Below, one piece after another: positions 1 through 13,475 of a stretch of 64,000 nucleotides of DNA (the first letter of the stretch is position 1; every line of letters starts with the position of its first letter). The stretch comes from the human T2T-CHM13v2.0 reference genome, Homo sapiens. Where the stretch lies: assembly GCF_009914755.1 (NCBI RefSeq), contig NC_060932.1; one strand, written 5' to 3'. Under the pieces are notes generated by a model. It did no database searches. It was not told the origin of the DNA and was given only the letters and a program-made list of their open reading frames with translations. Position numbers and translations under genes: made by a program.

Positions 1-227
1 AAAAACTGAGATTGGAAAAGAAAAAAATGAAACTCAAATTGTCTTGTTATCTTCATTGATCATAAAGCATCAACTGAACAAAAATACGTGAAATAAATAA
101 CAGTAAAATTACAAGGAAATGAAAGGGAGTAATTATCGATACTCTGCCATAATTTTTCTGTGCTATGACAGGAAAAGGTACAGTTATTTAAAAGTGGACA
201 CACAGCAGTTAGAATTTATATGGAAAT

Positions 228-1083
228 TTGAACCAAAAATAAAATCCTAAGGCCTGCAACACACTGAATGGAACTCCCTCTTGGCCAAGGGGATCCCAAA
301 GAAATCCATGATGGGAAGTCAGGTCAGACGTACCTCATTATACCTTCTGTCTTTGGGAGTTTAGGTACAAGTGACCAGTATTAGCATAAAAATAGAGATT
401 ATAAGACTGAAAAAACAAACTCTTTGTAGCAATAAGTTACCAAATGCTAACCTGACTCTGGTATATCATCACAGGACAGATATGAAGTCCTAAAGAAAAT
501 CAAAATATTTTATCCCAAAATATAGCTATTTGGTATATTTTGGAATGGTCCTTCAAAGTAGTCCTTTGTGGAGGAAATTTGCATTCTGTAGAGAATCTCT
601 TTCCCTTGCTAGTTCTTCTCCAGAGAGTCTGACACCTTTTAAGTTCTGATAAAAAATATTTACCATCTATTCTATGTGAAGCCTCTTACTTTGAGGCTTC
701 ATGTACATGACAAGAGTCTTGGCTTCCATAACCCTCCTTAACTCAAACATTTCTTTATGCAGATTCAACTCTTCAGGCAAATCTCAACTGTTTCAATCAA
801 TTGGCATTCAGAAAATCTTTGAATCCACGTATGACCTGGACACCCCGGTTTTGAGATGTCCTACCTTTTCCGGCTGAAGCAATGTATGCCTTACATGTAT
901 TTATTTATGTCTTGGCTTGTGATCTTTGTCTCTGTAAAATGTATAAAGCCAAGCTGTAACTTAACCACCTTGGGCACATGTTCTCAGGACCTCCTGGGGC
1001 TGTGTCATGGGCCATGGTCCTCACATTTGGCCCAGAATAAACCTCTTCAAAGATTTTACAGAATTTGGCTTTTTTCACCCACA
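228..1083 (+). mobile_element. MER4-family (MER4D/E-like) ERV1 solo LTR
   Basis: Starts 'tgaaccaaaaataaaatcctaagg...gaatggaactccctcttggccaaggg' and ends 'aataaacctcttcaaagattttacagaatttggcttttttcacccaca', matching recalled MER4 termini; approximate 4-bp TSD aaat/aaac. Confidence 0.8.
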
Positions 1084-1393
1084 AAACTCTAGGGCAAACA
1101 CTACAGAAATGCTCACTATGCTAAGAGACAAGATAAACAGGAATTATAAGTGTTCAATTGGAAACAGAAAAAAAGTGGGATAACAGAAAACAAACTATCA
1201 AAATAAGAAGAAACAGTTACAAACCCGGTGGATATTAATCTAGTTATATCAATAATGACTTTAAATATCTATTATCTAAATATGCCAATTTAAAGAAAGA
1301 GTTTAAGAGAAAAAATAGGTTAAAAAGGTTAACAAGGTAGATTTAAAAAAAAACAGAACACTAACAGTGTGTTGTCTTAGGAAATTTAGTTTA

Positions 1394-1729
<336 letters not shown>

Positions 1730-2125
1730 AGAAACTAAAGGAGGGTTGAAAATTATAACACAAATAAAAAGAAAGGTAGAGTAGCTATATTAATTTCAGA
1801 CAAAGCAAACTTCAGAATAAAGAATATCATCAGGGATACAGAAGGGCTTTACATAATGATAACGGTATCAGTTATCTAAGAAGAAACAATATTCCTAAAT
1901 GTCTGTGCAGCTAACAACAGACTGTCAAAATATGTGATGCAAAAACTGACAGAATTGAAAGGAACAAGAGAAAAATTCATGATTTTAGTTGGAAAATTCA
2001 ATATCCTAATTTACTAATTAATAGGCTAAGCAAATAAAATATTTGTAAGGATATAGTTGACCTGAACTGTTCCATTAGCTTGATCTAAATTACCTGTATA
2101 GAATACTTCTTCTGATAATAAAAGA

Positions 2126-3106
2126 ATAACATTGGAAAAACCCTTCTAGAAATTGGCTTAGGCAAGAATTTCACGACCAAGAACACAAAAGCAAATGCAA
2201 TAAAAACAAAGATAAATAGTTGAGACTTAATTAAACTAAAGAGCTTTTGCATAGCAAAAGAAGCAGTCAGCAGGGTAAACAGACAACCCACAGAATGGGA
2301 GAAAAGTTTCACAATCTGTACATCTGACAAAGGACTAATATCCAGAATCTACAATGAACTCAAACAAATAAGTAAGAAAAAAACAAACAATACCATCAAA
2401 AAGTAAGCTAAGGACATGAATAGACAATTCTCAAAAGAAGATATGCAAATGGCCAACAAACATAAAAAAAAAAAAACTCAACATCACTAATGATCAGGGA
2501 AATGCAAATCAAAACCGCAATGTGATACCACCTTACTCCTGCAAGAATGGCCATAATCAAAAAATCAAAAAACAATAGATGTTGGCGTGGATATGGTGAT
2601 CAGGAAACACTTCTACACTGCTGGTGGGAATGTAAACTAGTACAGCCACTATGGAAAACTGTGTGGAGATTCCTTAAAGAACTAAAAGAACTACTATTTA
2701 ATCCAGTAATCCCACTACTGGGTATCTACCCAGAGGAAAAGAAGTCATTAAGCGAAAAAGATACTTGTACACTCATGTTTATAGCAACACAATTCACAAT
2801 TGCAAAATAGTGGAACCAACGCAAATGCCCATCAACCAATGAGTGGATAAAGAAACTGTGATATACATATATATATATATATATCTGTTTTATATATATA
2901 TATATGTTTTACATATATATATCTGTTTTATATATATATATCTGTTTTATATATATATCTGTGAGAGATATATATATCTGTTTTATATATATCTGTGAGA
3001 TATATATATATCTGTTATATATATATCTCTGTGAGATATATATATATCTGTTATATATATATCTCTGTGATATATATATATATATATATTTATATACCTC
3101 TGTGAG

Positions 3107-3141
<35 letters not shown>

Positions 3142-3514
3142 AACACACAATGGAATACTACTCAGCCATAAAAAGGAATGAATTAATGTCATTTTCAGTG
3201 ACCTGGGTGAGATTGGAGACTATCATTCCAAGTGAAGTAACTCACAAATGGAAACCCAAACATCATATGTTCTCATTGGTATGTGGGAGCTAAGCTATGA
3301 GGATGCAAAGACACAAGAATGGTACAAGGGACTTTGGGGACTTGGGGGGAAGGGTGGGAGGGGTCTGAGGGATAAAACACTACAAGTTGGGTGCAGTGTA
3401 TACTCTTCAGGTGATGGGTGCACCAAAACCTCACAAATCACCACTAAATAAGGTACTCATGTAATCTAATACCACCTCTATCCCCAATAACCTAAGGAAA
3501 ATTAAAAAAAAAAA
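2126..3514 (+). mobile_element. L1PB (L1PB1-like) 5'-truncated 3' fragment
   Basis: ORF 2547-2810 gives L1 ORF2 C-terminal peptide ([24 protein letters not shown]); PB-type 3'UTR 'gtgggagctaagctatgaggatgcaaag'; A-tail at ~3504-3514. Confidence 0.88.
2860..3148. repeat. Compound (TA)n-rich microsatellite/VNTR ending in (CA)n, inside L1PB
   Basis: TA runs punctuated by recurring 'tctgtttta' and 'tctgtgaga' spacers. Confidence 0.95.
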
Positions 3515-3990
3515 GAATTGAATGCATATATTAGAAGAGATAAAATGATCTAATATCAAAACTTAAACTTCCACTTCAGGAATTTAGAGCAATGTAAGCC
3601 TAAAGCAAAGAGAAAAAAAAAACAAAACATTAAAATAGAGCAAAAAATCAATGAAATTGAAAACAGGAAATCTATAGGAAAACCAACAAACCCAAAATGT
3701 GGTTATATGAAATGATAATAAAATTGGAAGTCTAACCAGGAGGAAAAAAGAGAAGACTCAAATTATTGCTAATGGTAGTAATCCAGGAGGAGCCATCACT
3801 ATTGATCCCATGAATATCAAAAGCATAATAAAAGTTACAGTGATGAGTCTGTTCAGTAGACCACAGTTCAAATCATAGACTTCCAGTGTATAATTCTGAT
3901 GTTTATTCAAGCAAATGTAGACATTGAAAAGAAATTTGTGGAGCTGGCTCAGCAAGAGTCAATTCAGAATGGGTGATAAAAAGTGTTCCA

Positions 3991-4342
<352 letters not shown>

Positions 4343-4774
4343 TTAAATAAATAAGAAAGTTATAGTTGGAAGAAAAAAAGCATCCTAATTAGAGTTTAGA
4401 GTCTGATACATACAGCTGTCCTTAACCCATGTCTTTAACATGGGGAAGGAAAAAACAATGAAGAAAATGGAAGAAAAAGGTAGGGAGAAGAAGGAAAGAT
4501 TAATAATAAAAAAGAAAGAACAGAAAAAAATGAGTGCAAGCAGTATAGGTTTATTTTGTTTAACTCTGGTCACTGGCACATAAGCAACATGCTTCAAGAA
4601 TGTGCAGAGGGTAGCAGAAAGGAGAGGGAATCGTTGCTGTAAGACAACCATGTGGCTTTGACACCAGAAAGCAAAGAATGTCTCTGGGGAAGAAAGGAAA
4701 TGGTAACTTATGCTCACAATATTCATGATGATATGGGATAATGTATCGCTTAAGCTAAAACGATCATGTTTATA

Positions 4775-5405
4775 CCTCCCACTTTCTTCTCAACCACCGA
4801 AACCACTCTTCTCATTGTAGCCAAAAACAACCTCCTTCTTGCCAAATCCAATATCCGAGTCTCAGAATTCGTTTTACGCCATTCTTCAGTAGCAGTTGAT
4901 GAACTTGATCACCTTCTTTCTCAAAATCTTTCCTTGCTAACTTTCAGGACACTGTATTTACATGGGTTTTATTCTACCTCTAGCTATGCCTTCCCATCTT
5001 TTCTACCTTTCCCTTCAGCATTTGCCTGATATATCCCTCCAGATATTTATAGGATTTCCACTTGAATGTTTAATAAGAATCTTCATCGTAAAATAATTGA
5101 AACATCATGATTTCCTCCCCATCCTCCTTTCTCCATTTCAGCCAAAGGTATCATTGTTGACTCAGTTACTAAGGCCAAAGCCCCTATGACCATCATTGAA
5201 TTTTTCCTCACAGGCCACATTATCGGCAAATCCTATCAGCTTCATTTTCAAAATAAATGTAAAATGCAGCCAGGTCTTACTACCTCCACTGGTCCATACC
5301 TGTCCAAGCCACATTATGTCTCCTGTGGTGAAGCAGTAGTCTTACTGGCTTCCCTGCCTTCTTTCTTGGTTGCCAGCTATGTGTTCTTCATAGAGCAGTA
5401 AGTTG
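4775..5405 (+). mobile_element. L2 relic, continuing at ~11826-11960 after the L1PA8 insertion
   Basis: 'accgaaaccactcttctc...cttctgccaaatccaat...cagtagcagttgatgaacttgatcacc' resembles the L2 3' region; downstream part 'aaagataacatgtccc...aaaatactcccatggtttctcatcatgc'. Confidence 0.7.
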
Positions 5406-5410
5406 ATCTA

Positions 5411-8400
5411 TTTTTTTCTTTTATGTATTTATTCTTAAAAGAAAATTAGGTTACATGTGCAGAACGTGCAGGTTTGTTACATAAGTATGTGTGTGGCATG
5501 GTGGCTTGCTGCACCAATTGATCTGTCCTCTCAGTTCCCTCCCCTCAGGCCCCCGACACACCCTGGTGTGTGTTGTTCCCCTCTCTTTGTCCATATGTTG
5601 TCAATGTTCAGCACACACTTTTGAGTGAGAACATGCAGTGTCTGGTTTTCTGTTGCTGTGTTAGTTTGCTGAGAATGACAGCTTCCAGCTTCATCCATGT
5701 CGCTGCAAAGGACATGATCTCATTCCTTTTTATGGCTACAGAGTATTTCATGGTGTATATGTGCCAATTTTTTTTTTTATCCAGCCATTCTTTGATGGGC
5801 ATTTGGGTTGGTTCCATGTCTTTGCTATTGTAAATAGTGTTGCAGTAAACATACAAGTGTATGTGTCCTTATAGTAGAAAGATTTACGTTCCTTTGGGTA
5901 TATACCCAGTAATGGGATTACTGGGTCAAATGGTATTTCTGGTTCTAGATCCTTGAGGAATTGCCACACTGTCTTCCACAATGGTTGAGCTAATTTACAT
6001 TCCTACAAACAGTGTAAAAGCATTCCCATTTCTCCACAGTCCAGTCAGCATCTATTGTTTCCTGACTTTTTAATAATCTCCATTCTGACTGGTGTGAGAT
6101 GCTATCTCATTGCAGTTTTGATTTGCATTTCTCTGATGATCAATGATGTTGAGTTTTTTGTCATATGTTTGTTGGCCATGTAAATGTCTTCTTTTGAGAG
6201 GTATCTGATCACATCCTTTGTCCATTTTTTGATGGGGTTGTTTTTTTTTTCTTTTAAATACGTTTAAGTTTCTTATAAATTCTGGATATTAGATCTTTAT
6301 CAGATGGGCTGATTGCAAAAATTTTCTCCCATTCTGTAGGTTGCCTGTTCACCCTGATAATAGTTTCTTTTGCTGTGCAGAAGCTCTTCAGTTTTATTAG
6401 ATCCCATTTGTCAATTTTGGTTTTTGGTGCAATTGCTTTTGGCATTTTTGTCATGAAGACTTTGCCCATGCCTATGCCCTGAATGGTATTGGCTATGTTT
6501 TCTTCTATGGTTTTTATGTTTTGGGGCATTGCATTTAAGTCTTTAATCCATCTTGAGTTAATTTTTGTATAAGGTGTAAGAAAGGGGTACAGTTTCATTA
6601 TTCTGCTTATGGCTAGTCCGTTTTCCCAGCACCATTTACTGAATAGGAGATCTTTTCCCCATTGCTTGATTTTATCAGGTTTGTTGAAGATCAGATGGTT
6701 GTAGATGTGTGGTGCTCTTTCTGAGGTTTCTGCTTTGTTCCATTGGTCTATATGTCTGCTTTGGTACCAGTACCATGATGTTTTGTTTACTGTAGCCTTG
6801 TGATATAGTTTGAAGTCAGGTAGCGTGATGCCTCCAGGTTTGTTCTTTTTACTTAGGATTGTCTTGGCTATATGGGGTCTTCTTTGATTTTATATGGGAT
6901 TTAAAATCATTTTTTCTAATTCTGTGAAAAATATCAATGGTAGTTTGAATGGAATAGCATTGAATCTATAAATTACTTTGGACAGTATGTCCATTTTCAC
7001 AATATTTATTCTTCCTATCCATGAGGATAGAATGTTTTTCCATTTGTTAGTGTCCTCTCTTATGTCCTTGAGAAGTGGTTTGTAGTTCACCTTGAGGAGG
7101 TCCTTCAAATCCCTTGTTACCTATATTCCTCGGTATTTTATACTCTTTGTAGCAATTGTGAAAATGGTTCTCTGCTTGACTATTGTTGGTGTAAAGGAAT
7201 GCTTGTGATTTTTGCACATTGATTTTGTATCCTGAGAATTTGTTGAAGTTGCTTATTAGTTGAATGAGTTTTGGGGCTCAGATGATGGGGTTTTCTAAAT
7301 ATAAAATCATGTCGTCTGCAAAGAGGGACAACTTGATTTTCTCTCTTCCTATTTGAATATCCTTTTTGTCTTTCTATTACCCGAGTGCCCTGGCCAGAAT
7401 TTCTGATACTATGTTAAATAAGAGTGTTGAGAGATGGCATTTTTGTCTTATACTGGTTTTCAAAAGGACTGCTTCCAGCTTTTGCCCTTCAATATGACAT
7501 TGGCTGTGCATTTGTCATAAATAGCTCTTATTAACTTGAGGTATGATCAATCAATACCTAGTTTATTGACAGTTAACATGAAGGGATATTGAATTTTATC
7601 AAAGGCCTTTTCTGCATCCATTGAGATAATCATGTGGTTTTTGTCATTGGTTCTGTTTATGTCATGGATTACATTCATTGATTTGCATGTGTTGAACCAA
7701 CCTTGCATCCCACTTATGAAGCCATCTTGATTGTGGTGGCTAAATTTTTTGATGTGCTTCTGGATTTGGTTTGTCAGTATTTTATTGAGGATTTTTGCAT
7801 TGATGTTCATCAGGGATGTTGGCCTGAAGTTTTCTTTTTTTGTTGTGTCTCTTCCCAGTTTTAGTATCAGGATGATGTTGGCTTCATAAAATGAATTAGG
7901 AAGGAGTCTCTCCTTTTCAATTGTTTGGGATAGTTTCTGAAGAAATGGTATCAACTCCTCTTTGTATTTCTGGTAGAATTCAGCTATGAATCCATCTGGT
8001 TCTGGGTTTTTTGTTTGTTTGTTTGTTTGTTTTTGGCTGGTAGACTATTAACTACTGCCTTAATTTCAGAGCTTGTTATTGGTCTATTCAAGAATTCAAC
8101 TTCTTCTTGGTTTAGTCTTCGTAGGGTGTTTGCAGCCAGGAATTTATCAATTTCTTGTAGATTTTCTAGTTTATTTGGGTAGAGGTGTTTGTAGTATTGT
8201 CTGATAGTAGTTTGTATTTATGTGGGGTCTGGTGATATCCCCTTTATCATTTTTTACGGGGGCTATTTGATGCTTCTATCTCTTCTTCTTCATTAGTCTA
8301 GCTAGCAGTCTATTTTGTTAATTTAAAAAAAAACAGCTCCAGGATTCGTTGACTTTTTGGAGGATTTTTTGTATCGTATCTACTGAAATTCTTCTCTGAT

Positions 8401-11400
8401 CTTAGTTATTTGTTGTCTTCTGTTAGCTTTTGGATTAGTTTGCTCTTGTTTCTCTAGCTCTTTTAATTATGATATTAAGTTGTCTATTTTTGATCTTTTT
8501 AGCTTTCTGATGTGGGCATATGTTGCTATAAATTTCCCTCGACACTGCTGTAGCTGTGTCCCAGAGATTCTGGTACACTGTCTCTTTGTTCTCACTGGTT
8601 TCAAAGAACTTCTTGATTTCTGCCTTAATTTCATTATTTACCCAGGACTCATTGAGGAGCAGGTTTTTTAATTTCCATATAGTTGTGTGGTTTTGAGTGA
8701 GTTTCTTAATCCTGAGTTCTAATTTGATTGCATTGTGGTCTGAGAGACTGTTTGTTATAATTTCAGTCTTTTGCATTTGCTGAGGAGTGTTTTACTTCCA
8801 ATTATGTAGTCAATTTTAGAATAAGCATCATGTGGCACTGAAAAGAATGTATGTTCTGTTAATCTGGAGTAGGAAGTTTTGTATATGTCTCCTAGGTTCA
8901 CTTGATCCGGAGCAGAATTAAAGTCCTGAATATCCTTGTTAATTTTCTGTCTCATTGATCTAATACTGACAGTGGGATGTTAAAGTCTCCCACTATTATT
9001 GTGTGGGAGTCTTAAGTCTCTTTGTAGGTCTCTAATAACTTGTTTTATCAATCTGGGTGCTCCTGTATTGGATGCATATATATTCAGAATAGTTAGCTCT
9101 TCTTGCTGAATTCTTCCCTTTATCATTATGTAATGCCCTTCTTTGTCTCTTTAGATCGTTGTTGGTTTAAAGTCTGTCTTGTCACAGACCAGGATTGCAA
9201 TCCCTGCTTTTTTTTGCTTTCCATTCACTTGGTAAATCTTCTGCCATCCCTTTATTTTGAGCCTATGTGTGTCTCTGCACGTGAGGTCTCCTGAATACAG
9301 CACACTGATAGGTTTTGATTATTTATTCAATTTGCCAGCCTATGTGTTTTTATTGGGGCATTTAGCCCATTTACATTTAAGGTTAGTATTGTTATGTGCG
9401 AATTTGATTCTTTCATCATGCTGCTATTTGGTTATTTTGCACACTAGTTGATGCAATTTCTTTGTAGTGTCATTTGTCTTTATATTTTGGTGTGTTTTTG
9501 CAGTGGCTGGTACCGGCTTTTCCTTTCCATATTTAGTGTTTCTCTCAGGAGCTCTTGCAGGGCAGGCCTGGTGGTAATGAAATCCCTCAGCATTTGCTTG
9601 TCTGGAAAGGATTTTATTTGTACTTGACTTATGAAGCTTAGTTTGGCTGGATATGCAATTCTGGGTTAAAAATTCTTTTATTTAAGAATGTTGATTATTG
9701 GCCCCCAATCTCTTCTGGCTTGTAGAGGTTCTGCTGAGAGTTTTGCTGTTTGTCTGATGGGCTTCCCTTTGTAGGTGACCTGGCCTTTCTCTCTGGCTTC
9801 CCTTAACAGTTTTTCCTTCATTTCAACCTTGGAGAATCTGAAGATTATGTCTTGGGGTTGACCTTCCTTTGGAGTATCTTAATGGTCTACTCTGTCTTTC
9901 TTGAATTTCCATGTTGGCCTTTCTTACTAGATTGGGGAATTTCTCCTGGATAATATCTTAAAGGGTGTTTTCTAGCTTGTTTCCATTCTCCCCATCTTTT
10001 GGTACTCCTATCAGTTGAAGGTTTGGTCTTTTTATGAAGTTCCATATTTCTTGAAGCTTTTTTCATTCCTTTTCATTCTTTTTTCTCATTCTTGTTTTCA
10101 TGTTTTCTTTCAGTAAGGTGGTCCTCAAACTCTGATATCCTTTCTTCTGCTTGGTTGATTCGGCTGTTGATATTTGTGCATGCTTCATGAAGTTCTTATA
10201 CTGTGTTTTTCAGCTCCATCAGGTCATTTATGTTTCTCTCTAAACTGGTTATTTTACTTAGCAATTCCTCTAACATTTTATCAAGGTTCTTAGCTTCTTT
10301 GCATTGAGTTAGAACATGCTCCATTAGTTCATTGTATTTTTTTATTAGCCATCTTCTGAAGCCTACTTCTATCAATTCATCCATCTGATCCTCCATCCAG
10401 TTCTGCACCCTTGATGGAGAGACAATGTGATCATTTGGAGAAGAAGAGGCACTCTTGCCTTCTGGGTTTTCAGCATTTTTTCATTGATTCTTTGTCATCT
10501 TAGTGAGTTTGTCTAGTTTCAGTCCTTGAAACTACTGATTCTCAGATGGAGTTTTTGTGGGGGCCTTTTTGTTGTTGTTGTTGTTGATGCTGCTATTGTC
10601 ACTTTCTGCTTGTTTTTCTTTCAACAATCAAGTCCCTCCTCTGTAGGGCTGCTGCAATTTGCTGGGGGTTCACTTCAGGCCGTATTAATCTGATTCGCTC
10701 CCATGCCTGCAGATGTCCCTCAAGGAGGCTGGAGAGCAGCAAAGATGGGTGCCTGTTCCTTCTTCTGAGACCTCTGACCTTGAGAGGCACCAACCTGATG
10801 CCAGTAGTATCATTCCTGTATAGGGTATCTGACAACCCCTGTTGTCTCATGCAGTTGGGTGGCCTGAGGAGCAGGACCCATTTAACTAAGCACTGTGTCC
10901 CTTGGTAGAGAGGGTGTGTTTCGCTGGGGGGAAAACCCACTTGTCTGGGCTGCTGGGATTCCTCAGAACTACCAGGAGGAGAGGCTAAGTCCACTGGTCC
11001 CCAGAGACTGCATCCACCCCTCCCCCTAGGGGCTCAGGTCCAGGGAGATCAGAGTTCCGTCTCTGAGCCCCTGGCTGGAGTTTTTGGAGTTCCTGCAGGG
11101 AAGTCCTGTCCACTGAGGAAGGATGGGTCAGAATTATACCTGAAGAGACACTCCAGCTGCAGACTGCCACAGCAGGTGTGTTGGGCTGTGGGGACAAGTC
11201 TTGGGATCAAGCTGTCCAGCCTCCCTGGTAAGTGGAAAAAGCACATCCTGGAGCTATAGAAATGGGTGCTGCCCTTCTCTCCCAGGGAGCTTAGAGTATT
11301 AGGCAGTTGCAAGTCCTAGTTCTGGCTGCTGTCCCTCCCACAAAGAGCTCAAATGGCTTAGATAGTAGGCCGCTACAGCGAGTGCTGGTTGCACCTCCCT

Positions 11401-11809
11401 TGGGAGTTTGGTAGGCTAAGCAGATTCCAGCTGAGAGGCTGTAAGAATCTGCCTGTTCCAGGGTTGGGACGCTAGGACCTGGTGGCGTGAGCTCACCAGT
11501 GGAAACTTCCGATCCCTAGGTTGCACGGTTCTGTGGAAAAAGCACAGTTTCCCTGGCTGGGTAGCACACTCACTACCTCCCTCAGCTGAGGGGAGGGGGT
11601 TCCTCTTCCCCATGTGGCTCTCAGGTGGGCCACTGCACCACACTGCTCTTCCTTCTCTCCGTGGGTCCTGCCAGCCTTCTAGTCAATTTTGGTGAGAGAA
11701 CCTGGATATTTTGGTTGCCGGTGAAGGATTAACACGTTTATTACATTTTTTTTCGATAGGAGCCTTTGAACTCCGCTGCTTCTAGTCGGCCGTCTTGTCC
11801 CCCCTCCCC
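5411..11809 (-). mobile_element. Full-length (~6.4 kb) L1PA8-like LINE-1 with ORF1 and ORF2 disrupted
   Basis: 3' end 'gcaccaattgatctgtcctctcagttccctcccctc' is PA8-type; minus-strand ORF pieces give ORF2 peptides ([29 protein letters not shown]) and an ORF1 peptide (10196-10408); 5' end on minus strand reads 'ggggaggggggacaagacggccgactagaagcagcgg'. Confidence 0.95.
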
Positions 11810-12230
11810 ATGCTTCCCTACCACAAGATGATTTTTTGGAAGGTAAAAAGATAACATGTCCCGTCCTTCTTCAAAATACTCCCATGGTTTCTCATCATGC
11901 TGAAAATAACACTTAAGCTTCTGACTACTGTTTCTGAGTCCTTTATAAGACCAGTCCCTTAGCAAGCCGTTCAATTTTGGGTCCTATTGCTCTTTCCCTC
12001 ACTGGTTGTTTCCTTATTTTTTTAAATCTTAATGAGCATTTTTATGTCTTAAAGTCTTCTCTTACATAGGAACATGTAGCGTACTTACACCAGGTTTTGT
12101 GTTTGAGAAAACCTGTGTTTTGACCATCTTATGATCACACTCTACTTCAACAGGTGAGGAGTCCCTGGTACACTCACCTCTTTTAGGCTATGTTATGCAT
12201 ATCTACACTTTAAGTTTTTTGTCTTGCTAT

Positions 12231-13475
12231 TGAGAGGTGACAACGTGCTACCAGCCCTCACTCGCTCTTCGTGCCTCCTCGGCCTCCGCATCCACTCTGC
12301 CCACGCTCGAGGAGCCCTTCAGCCTGCTGCTGTGCTGTGGGTCCCCTCTCTGGGGCTGGCCGAGGCGGAGCCAGCTCCCTCTGCTCCCAGGGAGGTGTGG
12401 AGGGAGAGGCACAGGCAGGAGCCAGGGCTGCCCAGTGCTTGCGGGCCTGCGCAGGTTCCAGGTGGGCGTGGGCTCCGCAGGCCAGCACTCATTACAGCCA
12501 CCCAGTGACTGCTGGGCTTGATCGGAGGCTGGGTCCCATGTGGACAGCAGTTCCCTCTTTGCAGGGTCGTTGGCCACAATGGCGGGTCTCCGTCTGTATC
12601 TGGCTTCCCCTCTTTTCCTTTTGGTTGTCTGGGAGGAGCTCCCTCTGGGCTGCTGGAGCACTTGGGCTGGGTGCCGCAAAGTCCCACGGGAGTGCCAGTG
12701 AGAGGTAAAGCTGGCTGGGCTTCTGGGATGAGTGGGGACTTGGGGAACTTTTCTGTCTAGCTAAAGGATTGTAAACACACAAATCAGCACTCTGTGTCTA
12801 GCTAAAGGTTTGTAAATGCACCAGTCAGCACTCTGTCAAAACGGACCAATCAGCTCTCTGTAAAACGGACCAATCGGCTCTCTGTAAAATGGACCAATCA
12901 GCTCTCTGTAAAATGGACCAATCAGCAGGATGTGGGTAGAGCCAGATAAGGGAATAAAAGCAGGACACCGCCACCAGCAGGGGCAACCTGCTTGAGTCCA
13001 CCTTCCACGCTGTGGAGGCTTTGTTCTTTTGCTCTTTGTGATAAATCTTGCCACTGCTCACTATTTGGGTCTGCGCAACCTTTATGAGCTGTAACACTCA
13101 CCCATGAAGGTCTGCAGCTTCACTCCTGAAGCCAGCGAGATCATGAACCCACTGGGAGGGACGAACAACTCCTGATGCGCCACCGTTATGAACTGTAACT
13201 CTCACCACGAAGGTCTGCAGCTTCACTCCTGAAGCCAGCGAGACCATGAACCCACTGGAAGGAACAAACAACTCCAGACATGCCACCTTTAAGAGCTGTA
13301 ACACTCACCACGAAGGTCTGCAGCTTCACTCCTGAAGTCAGTGAGACCACGAACCCACCAGAAGGAAGAAACTCCAGACACATCTGAATATCTGAAGGAG
13401 CAAACTCTGGACACACCATCCTTAAGAACAGTAACACTCACCATGAGGGTCCACGGCTTCATTCTTGAAGTCACA
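12231..13475 (+). mobile_element. ERV9/LTR12 solo LTR (LTR12B-like GC-rich 5' part 12231-12698 plus LTR12-like part from 12699)
   Basis: Starts TGAGAGGTGACAACGTG; second 'tgagaggtaaagctggctgg' at 12699; CCAAT tandem array; U5 repeats 'gaaggtctgcagcttcactcctgaagccagcgag'; ends in CA with perfect 4-bp TSD ctat (12227-12230 and 13476-13479). Confidence 0.95.
12841..12960 (+). promoter_or_regulatory. LTR12 U3 promoter/enhancer: four CCAAT boxes at 24-bp period, GATA site and TATA-like AATAAAA
   Basis: CCAAT at 12846, 12870, 12894 and 12918; AGATAA at 12944-12949; AATAAAA at 12953-12959. NF-Y/GATA use is established for ERV9 LTRs; activity of this copy is unknown. Confidence 0.65.

Noticed and set aside
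2904-3293. Ile/Tyr-rich ORFs on both strands
   Set aside because: Translation of the (TA)n repeat.
5570-10408. Reverse-transcriptase-, endonuclease- and ORF1-like ORFs
   Set aside because: They are fragments of a frameshifted, stop-riddled L1PA8, not a novel RT system or an active element.
13088-13470. Regularly spaced repeats superficially like a CRISPR array
   Set aside because: These are standard LTR12 U5 tandem repeats; the intervening sequences are homologous to each other and there are no cas genes.
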